NCBI RefSeq assembly: GCF_964204645.1
Contig: NC_134028.1
Location: forward strand, 25,354,345 to 25,418,344
Source of the DNA: Tubulanus polymorphus
Lineage: Eukaryota > Animalia > Nemertea
Direction: 5' to 3'
Length of the DNA: 64,000 bases
The notes under the pieces are model-generated. The model saw nothing but the letters and a program-made list of their open reading frames with translations, ran no database searches and was not told the DNA's origin. Within the stretch, counting starts at the first letter, position 1, and every line of letters starts with the position of its first letter. Positions 1 to 31,550 of this stretch are shown piece after piece. The position numbers were made by a program, and so were the translations under genes.

Positions 1-1758
1 CGACCTGAGGTGGTCGGTCACAAACGGTCACAGCGACTCATCGCAGGCCGACCTGAGTCCGCCTTTAGGATATCAAAAATAGACAGTGTCTACTCAGGGT
101 CATTTTCTTTCTTTTGTTAATCGTTTATTATCAAAATTTGTTTGGAAACTCTCTCTCTCCCTCGCTTACTATTTCGATAGATTACATATGATGGATGTTA
201 CCGTGTTTCTGTTCATGTTTTAAGGCGCGCCGCTATCCTCACCCCTGAATTTAAGTGTTGTTAAAACTAACTTGTGCGCCTCAATGAATGTCACACACAC
301 GCCGCAATCTATACACACGTCGCATGTCATAACTCTAAATAATACACGTTGACATTGTACAGTGTATTGAACAATAACATTGTATTATAATCATTCAATA
401 AAAAACGGTTTCAAATTTTGAAAATATATTCGTCGAATTGGTTTTCTTTTTAATCGTAATCGACGTCGGATACGTCATCGGAAATTTGGGTTCGAATCCT
501 GGTGGTGAACGATTCTGAACGAGTCCGGGCGCGCTTTTTCAATTCTCGGTTGTGTTTTGTGTCTGTAAGGTTCTACGTTTCAGGAACTAATTGTAACTCT
601 TAGTCAAACTAGACCGACAAAAAGAAATGAAAAGAGGAAAAACTACATATACGAATAGACTGAGTAGTGAAAACCGGTTCATTTTCCATGACATTTGAAA
701 TAGATTATTAGGCTGCCAAATCCAAATTATCAAACAAGTCATCGGATAGATATAAGATTTCACCGGCAGGCTACGCATTTAACCGAAAATTGATTTACTT
801 ATGAGAAAAGTTGATTCTAATTTATTTGAAATGTAGAAGGAAATTGAAGCGCGGTTACTCAGTGCCACTAACGATCCCAGCGCGCGTACTATCGTTAAAT
901 CATCGCTTTGCCGGTATCCAATTAGAGTTTAAAGTGTTTTCTCGAAAACAAACATATACACTTGTTCAGTTTTTGACATCTTTATCTAACTTATTTTGGA
1001 CCGTAGGATTTTGGTTGAACTTTTTCTTTGAATTGTGTTTTGAAAATGTGGAATATCAATATCGATTTCGTAGAGGAAAGTTCTGCTACCGTTCGCTGCC
1101 AATGGAGGTAAATTGTGATAATTTGAGACCTTCTTCCCTCTCTTCTTCGCCTCCTAGAAGCTTAATCAGATTTCGGGAAATAGATGGCCATAACACTTTT
1201 CGTGAAATATACTCGAAATATACTCGAAGTTTAGGTGAAGCGCAGTTAGTATCGACGGTTCATTGGTTCAAGTCATGGTGATAGCTGAGTTAATCGATCG
1301 ACTCTCATCTGACCTATCCGTCATAAAAGATTCCAAACCTATAACCTAACAAGACCTAAATCTTAAAAGAGTTCACATTTCGCCTGAAAAGAGCCGTTAC
1401 ACAGAGCATCGATATTTGCGGGCAAGATCCAATTCCACAGGTTGCGGTTAAAAGATGGCTAAAATCTGATGTTGAAAATAACGAATTTTAAGATTCGTCA
1501 AACGAAACCGAAAACTGCCTGGCCCCGCCGCTTCTACCCCCAAATTGGATAGAATTTTGGAAGACTGCAAACAAAATAATTAAATCAACTCGAAATTACA
1601 CTACGAAACATATATTTTTGAAACTATTAAACTCAATCTTAACAACATCGGTCGAGAGCATTGTACACATTTTGAAAAGTTGGATCAGTTTTTTTTTCAC
1701 GGAACAGACACAAAACCGTCGTTTTTCGCATAAAAACACAAAACATGAAGAGGACAAT

Positions 1759-2400
1759 TCATAAATAAGTACAAAATCTCTGCGAGGGATTCTTCCTCAT
1801 TCTTCTGGCTTTCATCTTTTGTAAATAGCTCATTCCAAGCTCGGACTGCATCGCTTCTTTGCGGCGATGGCCGGAGACTATCAACTCTCCGGACGGTATC
1901 ACACGCATAAATGAGTTCATTATTCCGATGTTCAGTCGGGCCGATGTTCTGATGAATTCATAGCCCCAGTCTTTCACTACGATTGACTCCTCGGCGTAGG
2001 CGTTTTCCAATGAACTGTCCACTTTATTACAGAGTACAAATATGCGGATTGACTTTTCATCCCGCATCGACAGAATTTCTTGCCTCACGCGACAAACGTG
2101 CTCGAACGACGATGGATCGGTGATCGAATAGACGAGAAAAAAAACGTTCCCTTTCTCGATCGCCAACGTCTTCATAGCCGGTAAAACGTACGCGCCGCTT
2201 GTGTCCAAAATATCGAGTTTATAAGCATTGCCGTTCTTAGAGTTGAACCGGTAGAAATAGTTGAGGAAATACTCGTCTTCGACTTGCATCAGCTTGTGGA
2301 GTTTTTCGGGCACCTCTCTCTCGGTGAACCGTCGGATAATGCACGTCTTGCCCACACCAGCCGCGCCGAATACCACGACTCGAACTTTCTGAGTTTTCAT
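1759..2400 (-). CDS. Intronless Ras-family small GTPase, DIRAS/RASD(Rhes)-like, with C-terminal CaaX box
   Basis: Likely start MKTQKV at ATG 2400 (the ORF-track extension uses a non-ATG start). Motifs: G1 GAAGVGKT, G3 DILDTSG, G4 NKVD, G5 TSAR, a DIRAS-like PAMKTLAI..G..F.LVYSITD..SFE segment, a polybasic tail and CTYL-stop. Confidence 0.9.
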   Translation of the reverse strand: MKTQKVRVVVFGAAGVGKTCIIRRFTEREVPEKLHKLMQVEDEYFLNYFYRFNSKNGNAYKLDILDTSGAYVLPAMKTLAIEKGNVFFLVYSITDPSSFEHVCRVRQEILSMRDEKSIRIFVLCNKVDSSLENAYAEESIVVKDWGYEFIRTSARLNIGIMNSFMRVIPSGELIVSGHRRKEAMQSELGMSYLQKMKARRMRKNPSQRFCTYL

Positions 2401-2689
2401 CGTGGCCGAATGGAAAAGAGCAATGATGCCGACAAACAAGCCTCGGTCACTTTTATACGTACACTATAGGCGTCACTTGTCAATCTTAATTTACAACTTT
2501 AGAAACCGTTGCGGAGAGATCTTAGCGAATCGGTTTCATCGCCTTTTACGTATGTAATTAGTTTTAACATGTTATCACTGCAGGGGTAAGAAAATGAATC
2601 CACCAATGAACGCGGAGATTTCACCGGTGAACACCTACGGTTTTTTCTAAAAAAAACCTCCTTAAACAACACATGCGGGTGTAACGACA

Positions 2690-2800
2690 GGATCCAGTTC
2701 CACACTTATGAGTTGGAGTTAACTCAGAGTTTAAAACAGTTCATTCTCAATGTTTTAACTCCAGGGTCAAATCTTAAGTCACAACTGTGGAACTGGATCC
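2690..2800. mobile_element. Short MITE, family C (TIR GGATCCAGTTCCACA)
   Basis: 15-bp terminal inverted repeats. Related copies at about 20206-20305 and 48846-48948; related elements with GGCCCAGTTTCAC ends at 4743-4872 and 53590-53686. Confidence 0.75.
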
Positions 2801-3421
2801 CGATGTCTCATAATGCAACATAAATAATGAATATTCTGAAGAGGCAGAATCGATTCTGGGTCTTTGCGCGTTGAAATTTCGACTGAATATTTATTTTGCA
2901 AAATAGATTGTTACTTTTACTTACCAGATTAAGATTGCTATTAGTCTTGGTACTATATTGCCATTACGATACCTCTCTTTTGGTTGTAAACCGTTACAAA
3001 ATGTTTAATATTGCTAATAGTTGTGCACTACGTCATCGGGATTGGGGCTATACTGGGTTGCCGGTCTCTATTTTCAGTTTTTGCCAGCATTCGAGAACAC
3101 CGGCCCGCGTAATAGACACTGGGGTATTATTTCAGTTCAATTAAGATTTTCCTAGCGAAATGATAATGCTTTTCTTTCGATTCTATTTCAATCAATGAAC
3201 GTTATCTATTTAAGTGTGACGGGTCAGAGTTTGATAAAGAACCGGTCCTGTAAACCAGCGCTGATATACGTATGTACGCCTGATCACAAGCCGACGCATA
3301 CGAGTGTATACTAATCATACGCGGAGTTTTATTTAAAAAATTCGCTGATGAACTGTGTAAATTGTCGGTGGCTATGTGCGTAGTTGTTTCATTTGCGTTA
3401 AGTTTTGATAATTAGAGAAAT

Positions 3422-21784
<18,363 letters not shown>

Positions 21785-22305
21785 GAAACGATCGATTCCA
21801 CTTATAAGCAGAGCTAGGACTGGTTCCGGGTCCAGACCCTCCTAAGACTGAGATCGCCAAAACCAGCAAATTTGACGTTCATTCTTTCTCGGAAATTGTT
21901 TCTTTCCTGATGTACTCACTGAGACCATTTTAACAACGAACGTGGTCCGTCGCTTACGACCTTGAGCGCCGTAGCTGCTTCATCCGAGGAACGCGCTCAC
22001 ATTTCTTCAAGACCCCAGCCTTCCTACTTTACAAGATCTGCCCCGTCCACGCCTACCGCAGTTCGAGTTAAAGCCTGTCTCTCTTGCATGAGTATATTTA
22101 AGTAATGGCATACATACCTAAATGTTGTATCAATTTGTATATTGAGGAAACTCATATGAAATTACGAGATAGTTACGTAGCACAACGCATTATAGAAAAT
22201 AATATCATGAAACATAGAAATTTAATAACTTGTTTTTTCCTTTCTACTGACGGTGTCGTGGTTTCGAAATGTTATTTTACGTGTTCTCCGTGTTTCGCTG
22301 ATAAC

Positions 22306-22351
22306 AATAAATTCATATTGTTCGAAGGGATGATATCTTCCTTACAATAAA
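22306..22351 (+). terminator. Candidate polyadenylation signals of the ABCC gene
   Basis: AATAAA at 22306-22311 and 22346-22351, about 0.5 kb after the stop codon. Confidence 0.5.
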
Positions 22352-23713
22352 AATCGTATCGTTTAACAGTCCCTGGGATATTTCCTAAATCTCATTGTCA
22401 TAGTGATAATATACTGAATCGATAAGATGCTGTTTCTATAACTATGTGAAGCTTCTTAGCGAAATGCTGATTGAGCGCCGAAAACTTAAAGATCGCGATG
22501 CAGAGGCGAATGAAAAATAGATGATGATTTCGCCCGAGTCAGACGAATTTGACTCCACTCCAAACTTGTTAGTATAATGCTAGCAAAACGATGATGATGA
22601 CAAAACAGGTGAGCCACTTCTAGAAACAGTTTGCACGGAATTATTTGAACCGTACTGAAATTTGGCCGGGGCCTGGTCGCCGCGACGATTTGTAACGTTA
22701 GCCGGGTCTATTCTGACTGAGGTCACATTATGTGTCGGGTCAAAAGCGATAACCGCTTCTGGGAGCAACCAAGCGTTGGTGGAGACGTCAGATTCAATGT
22801 TTGCGACACATCTGAAAGAAATCATATTTCTATTTCTTCGGAGTAATCCTAGCGGGCAGGATAGTTACCTGTTCTGATAATACAGTGTCTATTTTGCGAA
22901 GGCTAGCGTCACTTGATTTGTTGATGGGATTTGGTCAAAATACTGAAACTGTAGATATTAAGTTCCCCATCTTAGTGGGATACTAATTATTCCAAACTAA
23001 GGATATACAGTTACAATTCCCGAGAACATGATGAAGGTTTGGAACTTGAGCGCTAAGGAAATCTCATTCACTATGGTGCAGTTAAGATTGAGGAATGGAA
23101 ATGTAAGAACGACGTTACCATGGGTGAGAGGGCCCATGAAAATTATATTTGCAAAACGTATTAGGACACTTTGCCTAAATATATGGCAATATTTATCAAA
23201 TGATTACACGGCAAGGTTCGATCTGAGTGAATGGAGTAGACCCTGATGTTCCCCTGCATTGGCGGAAGTAACCAAGCCCTGGCAAGCGAGAATGCAATGA
23301 GGCCTACGGATGATTTTCGGAGCCATCCTTCAATGACAAGTCACCACCACCTTAGAAACGCGATATCAGTACGCGCAAGCTATGTTTTGATAAATCAAGT
23401 TAAAACACCCAGAAAACGATGGTAGAAAGTACTATTTGACTTGTTATTTTACATACCAAACAAACAAAAACAAAGTGAACCAGTAAAACTCGGTTTACAT
23501 TTTGCTTTATTTCGTCGCGTAATAACTTGAAAGTATTTTTTGCTGTTGTTCGGCTCAGCTGTCAAAAATGATCTAATTCTGGAGTTGGAAATAAATATTA
23601 GAGGTTTTTCCGCGCTAATTTAGGAGAGGACAGCAGCTTCTACGATGGAAATTGTAAATTCGAGGATACTTCGTTGATTCGGTCGTATTTAATTGAACTG
23701 ACAACCGATAATT

Positions 23714-26403
23714 ATGGTTTTAACGAACGATAAAACGAAGACCGGCCATCATCACCATCGTGATGTCCAAAATTCAGATGTATTTCCACTAACGGCGCAG
23801 GAACCGGCTACTGTTCCGCGAATTCCAGCTCACGGAAGCCAATCCGTATTTCAACGTACTCGTCCGAATACATCATTTCCATCTCGGAAACTGAAAAACG
23901 TCGGTCAAGGCCGCGGTACGATCGGCATTCTATCAAACCTCGGCGATACTTTTATCACAGCGACAAAGCCGGATGGCCATCGAAGACCGGTTACCTGTCC
24001 ATCGACGTGGCGTACGATGGCCGGCAGTCGGTTGAATGACGTCCGTCCAATCGGGAAAGGGGCTCGCCCGATGCACCTCGTAACGCATCTGATTAACGAA
24101 CCCAGTGAACCCGACTACATCAGCTCCACAAAACAGGTGCGAATAATTAAAGGCTGATTCCCGAGTCATGGCTTAGATTTTAACAAGACCATGATAGTTT
24201 TATAGCCAATCTAAAAACTTTTCGAACGATCTTGAGATTTATGACTCAAGTATGCATTCAAGTCTGAAACTGGCCCCAGGCAAGCTTTGGTCCCAGTCAA
24301 AAGTAAATTCAAGTCAAAAATTGAACTCAATGAGTAGCGCCCTATACAGGTATTAAACCGCTATCTGGACCCCCTGATATTGATAAGCCCATTCAACTAT
24401 TCCAATTTTTGATTTGGCATTTTAATCGAAAATGAACTGCAAATCTCAAACATGAGACATTTTTTCAGTCACTTTATATGTGTTCAGAAATTCACATGAG
24501 ACTTGAATTGAATTTGATTGAAAATGAACAACAAACACGGTACATTATTTCAGGACACTTTCAAAAACTGATCGTCCACACTTCACACTAAAATGGTGAA
24601 TGTCTGTAGGGGTTGCTTCATTCAACAAATGATTCTTTAGTTTCTGCACTTTCAATCGAGTTTATTTAGTTGATATTCGATTGTCTTGTGATTATTTCTA
24701 GGCATTTAGCGGCAGAAAAGATTTAAAGGCGACCGAAAAACCGAACTTATGTCGATCGATGCACAGTTCACAGATTCGATTCAGTAATGATAACAGTACA
24801 TGGCAGGAAGGCAGTAAATATTACAACGACTATCAACGCAAACAATCGATGCCGGTAAAAATTATTTGATTTTTTCTAGATTCTAGAATTGAAATTCGAT
24901 TACCGAAGCAAAAGGAAAAATTTGTTCTGAAAATTCCTAAAGCTTAGCATGGAACAGCTGAAAATTGATGAAGACATTGTTAATGTCCGTTTTGTAGGCT
25001 TCTAACTTGGAACTAGAAAATACATATTTTATGAATATGTATTAGACCGAATGATCCGTTTGTAGATCTTGTTATCGTCGGTTTTATTCAGCTCAAGAAA
25101 ACACCCGACTTGCTGTTAATGTTCCTAAACGTGTTTGTGGCTCTAGGGCTTTTTATGTTAAATGCGCCCTAACCTCTCTTTTTAAATTGACTTATTTTAG
25201 TCTATTTTTGTCGATTGTGTGGTTTGTTTTAAAATTTCTTTATCTCATGTGATGCGAGGGGATTATTTTTATAGTTCCTGGCTATACGCGAATAAATTAT
25301 CCAGGCGCGGATCTAGGGGCCCCCTCCCTCCTTTAGGTGAAGACCCTCCTTTTTTTTCGACCGACCTCCCGCCACTCGCTTAATATATAAGCTTATAGAA
25401 ATAGTTTTGATCAGTTTTAAATGAAAATTAATCCTTTAGTTTTAGTTTATCAGCAGCAGCAAAGGGGAAAGTATTTGTCATGAATTCTTGCCTCAGAATG
25501 CAGGAAATGGCCCCAAAACAGAGTTAAATTTAAAAAATTGAAGGGGCTTCACTTCACGCCTGCGGCTCGAAGCGTAGAAACGTCTCGGGCCTACGCCGCT
25601 CGGTGTCAATACTGTATCATCATAGCTACATTTATTAGGTGGCCCCCCCTAAATTGGGCGCTAGATCCGTCCCTGTTATCATTAGATTATTGTCAAAATC
25701 TAGAATATAACCTAGAACAATCGTCTCATCCATTGTAGGCGAATCAACTACACGAATCATCGCTCGTAAATCGGATTAATATGGTCGAAGGAGACGGTTT
25801 CCGGAATGCGGTGAATTACCAGACGTGGAAGCCAAACTATTGGACTGAATATTCGCGGATACACAACACGTTAGGATTCATGCGAGGTACAGGTGCACCG
25901 AGACCGTTAGCCGAGCGTAGGCATTATAACATCATTAACGGTACGTATTCCTTCGTTCTACTATTTTCATGTAATGTTTCTACTGTCATATCAATAATGT
26001 ACAGGCTTTATCTCCCTTGTACCTGAACCCTCAAACCATTAGTCAAAACCACTTCAAGTTGGTGTCGTGGGAATCAACCAACGGTTTTCATGTGATGTTT
26101 TCACTTAATTCTGCAAGAGCTATAGTTCTCTTCGCTATCAGGCTGTAAGTTGTTGTCAGCATCACTTGAATTTGGTGTCATTTGATTCAGATAATTCATG
26201 CTTCCTGGCTTATGTTTAGCCTTTTTGATATGTGACTATCCCGCGTGGTGATAATACTGAAATCCTCATACTAAACTTTTCGATGAATTCTTATTAATCA
26301 CTGGATTTACCTTTAATTCGACGAATTTCTTATCATTTCAGGGCAGGAAACGCCTTATATGAAGATGGGAAATCACAGATTACAAGGTTTAGTCATCACA
26401 TAA
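23714..26403 (+). CDS. Uncharacterised multi-exon protein, possibly ciliary or microtubule-associated; 3' end uncertain
   Basis: In-phase exons 23714-24136 (ends CAG|GTGCGA), 24702-24854 (AFSGRKDL...KQSMP) and 25739-25940 (ANQLHES...HYNIIN). A candidate next exon starts at 26342 (GQETPYMKMGNHRLQGLVIT-stop at about 26403, or a donor near 26386). A further possible acceptor lies at 27296. Confidence 0.7.
25302..25675. mobile_element. MITE with CAGG-CGGATCTAG termini (hAT-like)
   Basis: CAGGCGCGGATCTAG ... CTAGATCCGTCCCTG; similar element at 27960-28101. Confidence 0.65.
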
Positions 26404-28307
26404 ACTTCTCTGATTCAAACATAGGCGATAATTACTGCTTATAGTAGAAATGGAAATAATATATTAAGAGAATAATTAGTCAATCCGCATAATATTTTGC
26501 TTTATGTACAAAGCCATGATATAGGCCTAAATGATACACTTCTGTAACCTGCTTAGTACAGTTCTTTTGGGACCGAAGGGAAACTCAACAGGTTCATGAG
26601 ATACAAATGTTCCAACGATTAAAATCCAGAATTAATTATAAAGTGGTTTGTAGTATTGAGCAGGTTTGACTGTAATTAAGGTTCTTACAGATCAGTGAAC
26701 TCAAAATCCCCTGATATTTTACCATTTTCTCCAATCGTTGATCAAAAATGGCCCGATTAAAGAGTTGTGTTGTGCCACTTGTCACAAGCGAGAACAAGAC
26801 ACCAAAAATTCGAATTCCCTGACCCATCAAGAATAGTGCAAAGTCTGTAAGAACCCTGTGTAATAAATAATATGACTAGATGTTTAAGATCAAAGTTGTG
26901 ATTTTAAAAGCTGATCTGATCAAGGTTTCCTTTTTAAAGCCCTGGAAATGATATATTTTATGATGTTTTTGCTGCTGTCTCGCAGTTTAATTTTGAAGAT
27001 ATTTATTCAACTGAATTGTTTCCAATTTTGGTTCCTGAGGAGTGATATGTATATTGTGATCTGCTGCTGTGTCTCTTTGTTACTGCGATGAAATTTATAT
27101 TTTATATTTTTTCTGATATATATTATGAGCTAACTGTTTTGATTGCGAGAGAATGATTCATCAATAAATCAATTAATATGATATGCATTATCTTTACATC
27201 ATCCCCTAACTATAATGGTTCAGTTAAGCTCAGTGGTTGGGAAATAGTCAAGGGAAAAAGCAAGCCAAAGAAGTATCCAGCCTGATTTGTTGTAGAGAAT
27301 CTGACTGGTATGCACCAGTCGTCTGGTTATTATGGAAAACACGCCACGAACCCACTACTAACAATGCCCTGCCTCAAGTGGATAGAACCAGCAGATACAT
27401 CCCGAGCGTCAATTGAAAATCTTTGCAGTATTCAATTCCTGAACTTTATCTCTATGAAAATCAACCCAAAACGAAAGATAACAAATAACTACTCAAATAG
27501 ATAGAAAGAAATGTATTTTTTTTCGATGATATGACTGAAATGATAGTCTCTCTCCTAAATATCTCCTTGTTACCAATTATTGTCCGCCTTGACACATGTA
27601 TAAATACAAACTTTATAGAAAAATATATTATTGTTCAGAACACATTAAACATTCAGAATATATGATCCAAGAAGCATCCACTTATTTCATCCACAAATTA
27701 TCATTTATTCCCCTTAGAGCTAATGGGCTGCTGTAACCGTCTGTAGGTGGAGGTCATTTCAAAGTCAACTTTTTAAGGAATTGAGGTTTCATAGGGACCC
27801 TGTGACTACTGGTAATGAAACTTAAGTCGTTCTGTGAAATAGCCCCCAGAACTTTTCAGGACTTAAAAATCCATTTTGATTAGGGGAGGTCGACAAGCCA
27901 GCAGATTGATGGTTACAAACGTAACTTATTTCATGCACGAAGTAAATGGCTACGAGTATCAGGGGCGGATCTAGAGGGGATTGACCCCTGCTGTCCCAAT
28001 GAGGTTGCCCTGTTTTTCAAAATAATCCAAGGTGTAACTGCTTAGTTCAAAGAAATTACTTTCTTTTGATTTCAAACTGTCAATTTTCCTAGATCCACCC
28101 CTACTATCCTTCACTCTTCATAAGATGCATAGTTCATAATAAATTAATAGATTATTCGTTTTAAGAGTTCAGCACATCTGTACACCATAAGCACCTTATA
28201 CACACACATGAACAGTCACAGACAGCGAGTAAAGCCTTCTCCACCAGTCAACAGGCAGTTTAATGATTGTGGCACTCAATGATTGTTGAAGTCGCTTTGT
28301 TTACATT

Positions 28308-31132
28308 CTAAAAGAACAATTCCTGCAATTGTTTCTTCGTATCGGCCGGACTGGTAACCGTGTGACCGATGACTCGATTGTCGACGAAGATTTCGTAATC
28401 GTTGCCACCCTGAAATTAGATTCGAGAAATTGCAGCCAACCTCACCTAACTCGGGACAAACATTCCACTTAGTCGTACAGAAACCAAACCAGGGTAGACA
28501 CTTATTTGACTCGCTTTTCCCCGACATGCAAATTGTTTTCCCTGACTTGATCTGCTAAGAACCCAATCAATTAATACAGTCAAAGACATACAGAAACTGT
28601 TTGACTGTACATGAACTCGCAAACTAGCTCTTCATATATTTCCCCGATTTTTAGAACCAAAATTAGAAACAAAATTCCTCGACTTTTTTGAAGAGAAGAC
28701 AATTCCTTGACTAATGAAGTGGCCACCCTATAAATGATTTTCTGGACTTCCTAACATAAACCAATTTTGCAGATGTCATCGAAAAAAGGAGATACAGTCA
28801 ATTTATATTCATAGATTTAAAAATCAATTTCAATTATTTATATCACATTCATAAATCTGTTTTCTCTTACTTGACTCGTTTTATCGCCGAAGAAATGAAT
28901 CGTCTTGAAATCATTTTCGAGGAATCGTAAACAATAGGTTTTATCCCAGCCGATCGGAAACACATCGAAACTAATTTGACCACCTGTAACAAAAAACAAC
29001 ATCGCACGATCTTATCATTCCTACAGATCCCTACCGATCGGTCTTTACTGGATATAAGGAGTTTGAAGGGAAAATTTCGAGGAAGTGTCTTCATCACTTT
29101 TCATATCCCAATTACTGTAAACTCCTCCTAAATCAGTACTGTTTATATTTGTAAACCGGTAATTCAGTGGTTTTGTAAACAAATTTTTATCCTTCATACT
29201 ACTTAACTCGATTTCTAATTCGGTAACCGCCTAATTAGATAGAAGAAAATCCAGGCGATGACTGCATTGATTTAGGGGTGTCTACTGTACTAACAAAAAA
29301 CAAAACTAGACAAACAAATCTTTTAATTGCCTAGCTCTCAAAATAGAAGGAGTTTTGGACATTACCTTCAAGTATTTTCCATTTTGAAGGAGTATTTAAG
29401 AAATCAAGGAGGCATAGGGGCCCTGTCCTAAGGTGTGGTTGCTGGGCCTAAAACATTGAATGGAATCAAGGCATACAAACCTATGGAATATTTCAGACCC
29501 ATATCAGCGAATTCTTTCTCTAAAGCCGCTACGAATTTTTCTCGTATATGGTGTTCCTGAAAATGGGAAAAAAATAATCAAATTATCTCTTTGAAGCCGT
29601 ACATAGTAGAAATTAGTAAACAAAGAAATCAGACTGACGAACCTTATCATACGTGTTAAACTGTTCACGTTCTGCCTGAGAACAACTCCGACCGACTGGA
29701 CAAATATTTATCAAACCGTCACGAAATTCTACAAAAGTTCCCCTAAAATCCAGAAGAGATAGGAATGGCTAATTATAGATTTTTGCAGTTCATTTTCGAT
29801 CAAAGATCTCAGGTGAAGACCTGAACATACCGGTATGTAAAAGTGAAATGTGGATAAACAAAAATTAGAAGAATGATGATAAAGAATCATATACATGACC
29901 GGATACAGAGACCTGAAAATCTTAAAATCAACTTAGCACCATCTGCGTTGTGAATTTTGAAAAATAATCAATTAGCTTCATGTAAGTTCTTACCTTTTAA
30001 CAGGCAGAGATAGGTCGGACATATACTTCAACGCGAAATTGATGAATTTTTGTAGTTTCTCTTCGCCCATTTCGTCTTGGATTTTCTGTATTAAGAAAAC
30101 AAACATGTTCACATCAACTCCAAGCGAATAACAAAATAACATAAAATTTGGCTAATCACTTAGCTCAAAATTCGCTTATCACTTAGATCTCTTGTCTGAC
30201 TGCCCACATTAGCAAATTATTAGAAATGTAAAAACAGCACAGGTTTATACAGAGGTGCGGTCATCAAGAGGTTAACGCACTCACCCGTTTGGCGACCAGT
30301 TTTCCATCTTTGTGAAACACTAAGCCATTTTCTGAGAACACGTAGTCGTACATTTTTGTGGCTGTCGTAGAAAAATTAATAAATGCATTTCAAATCGCTG
30401 AATATTCAAACAAGTTGTTTCCTTCAAAGGGCAGCCCATTTACAGATCCCCCTGTTCAGTTTTCCCTGATTTTTCCACGTGTTTTCACAAAATTCATTGC
30501 AGGCATTACGGTACTTACTTTCTTCACCAACCATTTGTTCAGAGATTTTCTTCAAATCAGATCCACCGACTAGAGCTACAGGCACTTTCTTTCTTAATTC
30601 TTGTAAGAAATCTTTCATCTCAGAAGTTATTTTCTGGAGAAACAAAGTAGTGGTTTAACTGCAGTTTAGTAGATAAACCGATTATTAACGATATTATGGG
30701 CCAAAACGTCGCACGGAGAGCAGGTGTGACAGACAGACGTTTGTGGAACGATGGTTAGTAGGCCTAACCATTAGGGACACCGAAACTGTAGTCGCTCCCA
30801 AGTAGTTTTTTGTAGAAAATTGGCTTCCTTTCTATTCATTTATCTTAGTTTCATGAAGGGAAAATTTAGTTTAAAAAAAACCTGGGGTTCGAACCCATTA
30901 CGTTCCCGGTCAAAAAATGGTGAATGTCATCCACAATAATCGCCAGGATTTTAAGTATAACTTCATATTTAACATGGATTACTCCCTGTTTATCCCGAAT
31001 TCGTGGTCGGATAATGTCAAACTTAGATCGTTCGCAGTTTCGATTGATATTTACCAGTCTAGGGGCCGTTAGAGTGCCATCAACATCGAATAAACACAAC
31101 ACGGAAGACGTAGCGTCTCCAGCAGCCGCCAT
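28308..31132 (-). CDS. PMM2: Phosphomannomutase (eukaryotic PMM, HAD superfamily), 8 exons
   Basis: Minus-strand exons 31132-31055, 30633-30519, 30361-30285, 30085-29994, 29742-29643, 29556-29481, 28983-28871, 28409-28308. Motifs: [75 protein letters not shown]. Confidence 0.96.
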
Positions 31133-31550
31133 CTTGCTTCAGCTAACCACCGACATAAACCGATTTAGTCAGTAACCTGTCACGATCGGATATTTTTTAC
31201 AAACCATGACGAGGCGAATTCCGCATCGGCCGAGAAAAAGAGGCCAAAAAGAGTAGTGGGTGGGTTTTTCTAAGGCCCTTTTAATTTTTGGCTCCCCTGT
31301 TGTACTTAGAAACAGCCACAGTAGATCGGGTACCAAGGGTATTGCACCCGACCCTGTATGAAATTTAGCAAATTCATTAAGTTGGGCGCTTCACTGTCCG
31401 AGATGGACTCACTGATTTGGATATTATTGGAGACACCCTTCATTCGACCATCTTGAATACGTTCTTCGCCTTACGCGTTCAAATAGACCATTACGATACT
31501 CATGTTAAAATTGATTTTTCCGTGATTGAGCGACTCAGATGCAAAAATAG
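31133..31550. promoter_or_regulatory. Putative bidirectional promoter for PMM and NudE, including a candidate NudE non-coding first exon
   Basis: PMM ATG at 31132 (-) lies inside a YY1-like GCCGCCATCTTG motif. A plus-strand donor AG|GTGAAT at 31550/31551 would splice to the acceptor at 32638 upstream of the NudE ATG. Confidence 0.55.

Noticed and set aside
450-510. Possible tRNA gene (GGTTCGAATCC B-box at about 489)
   Set aside because: No convincing A-box, cloverleaf or acceptor stem; at most a decayed SINE head. The same applies to the B-box-like sequence near 30885.
811-1281. 156-aa ORF
   Set aside because: Non-ATG start, no recognisable motif, and composition typical of non-coding AT-rich DNA downstream of the GTPase gene.
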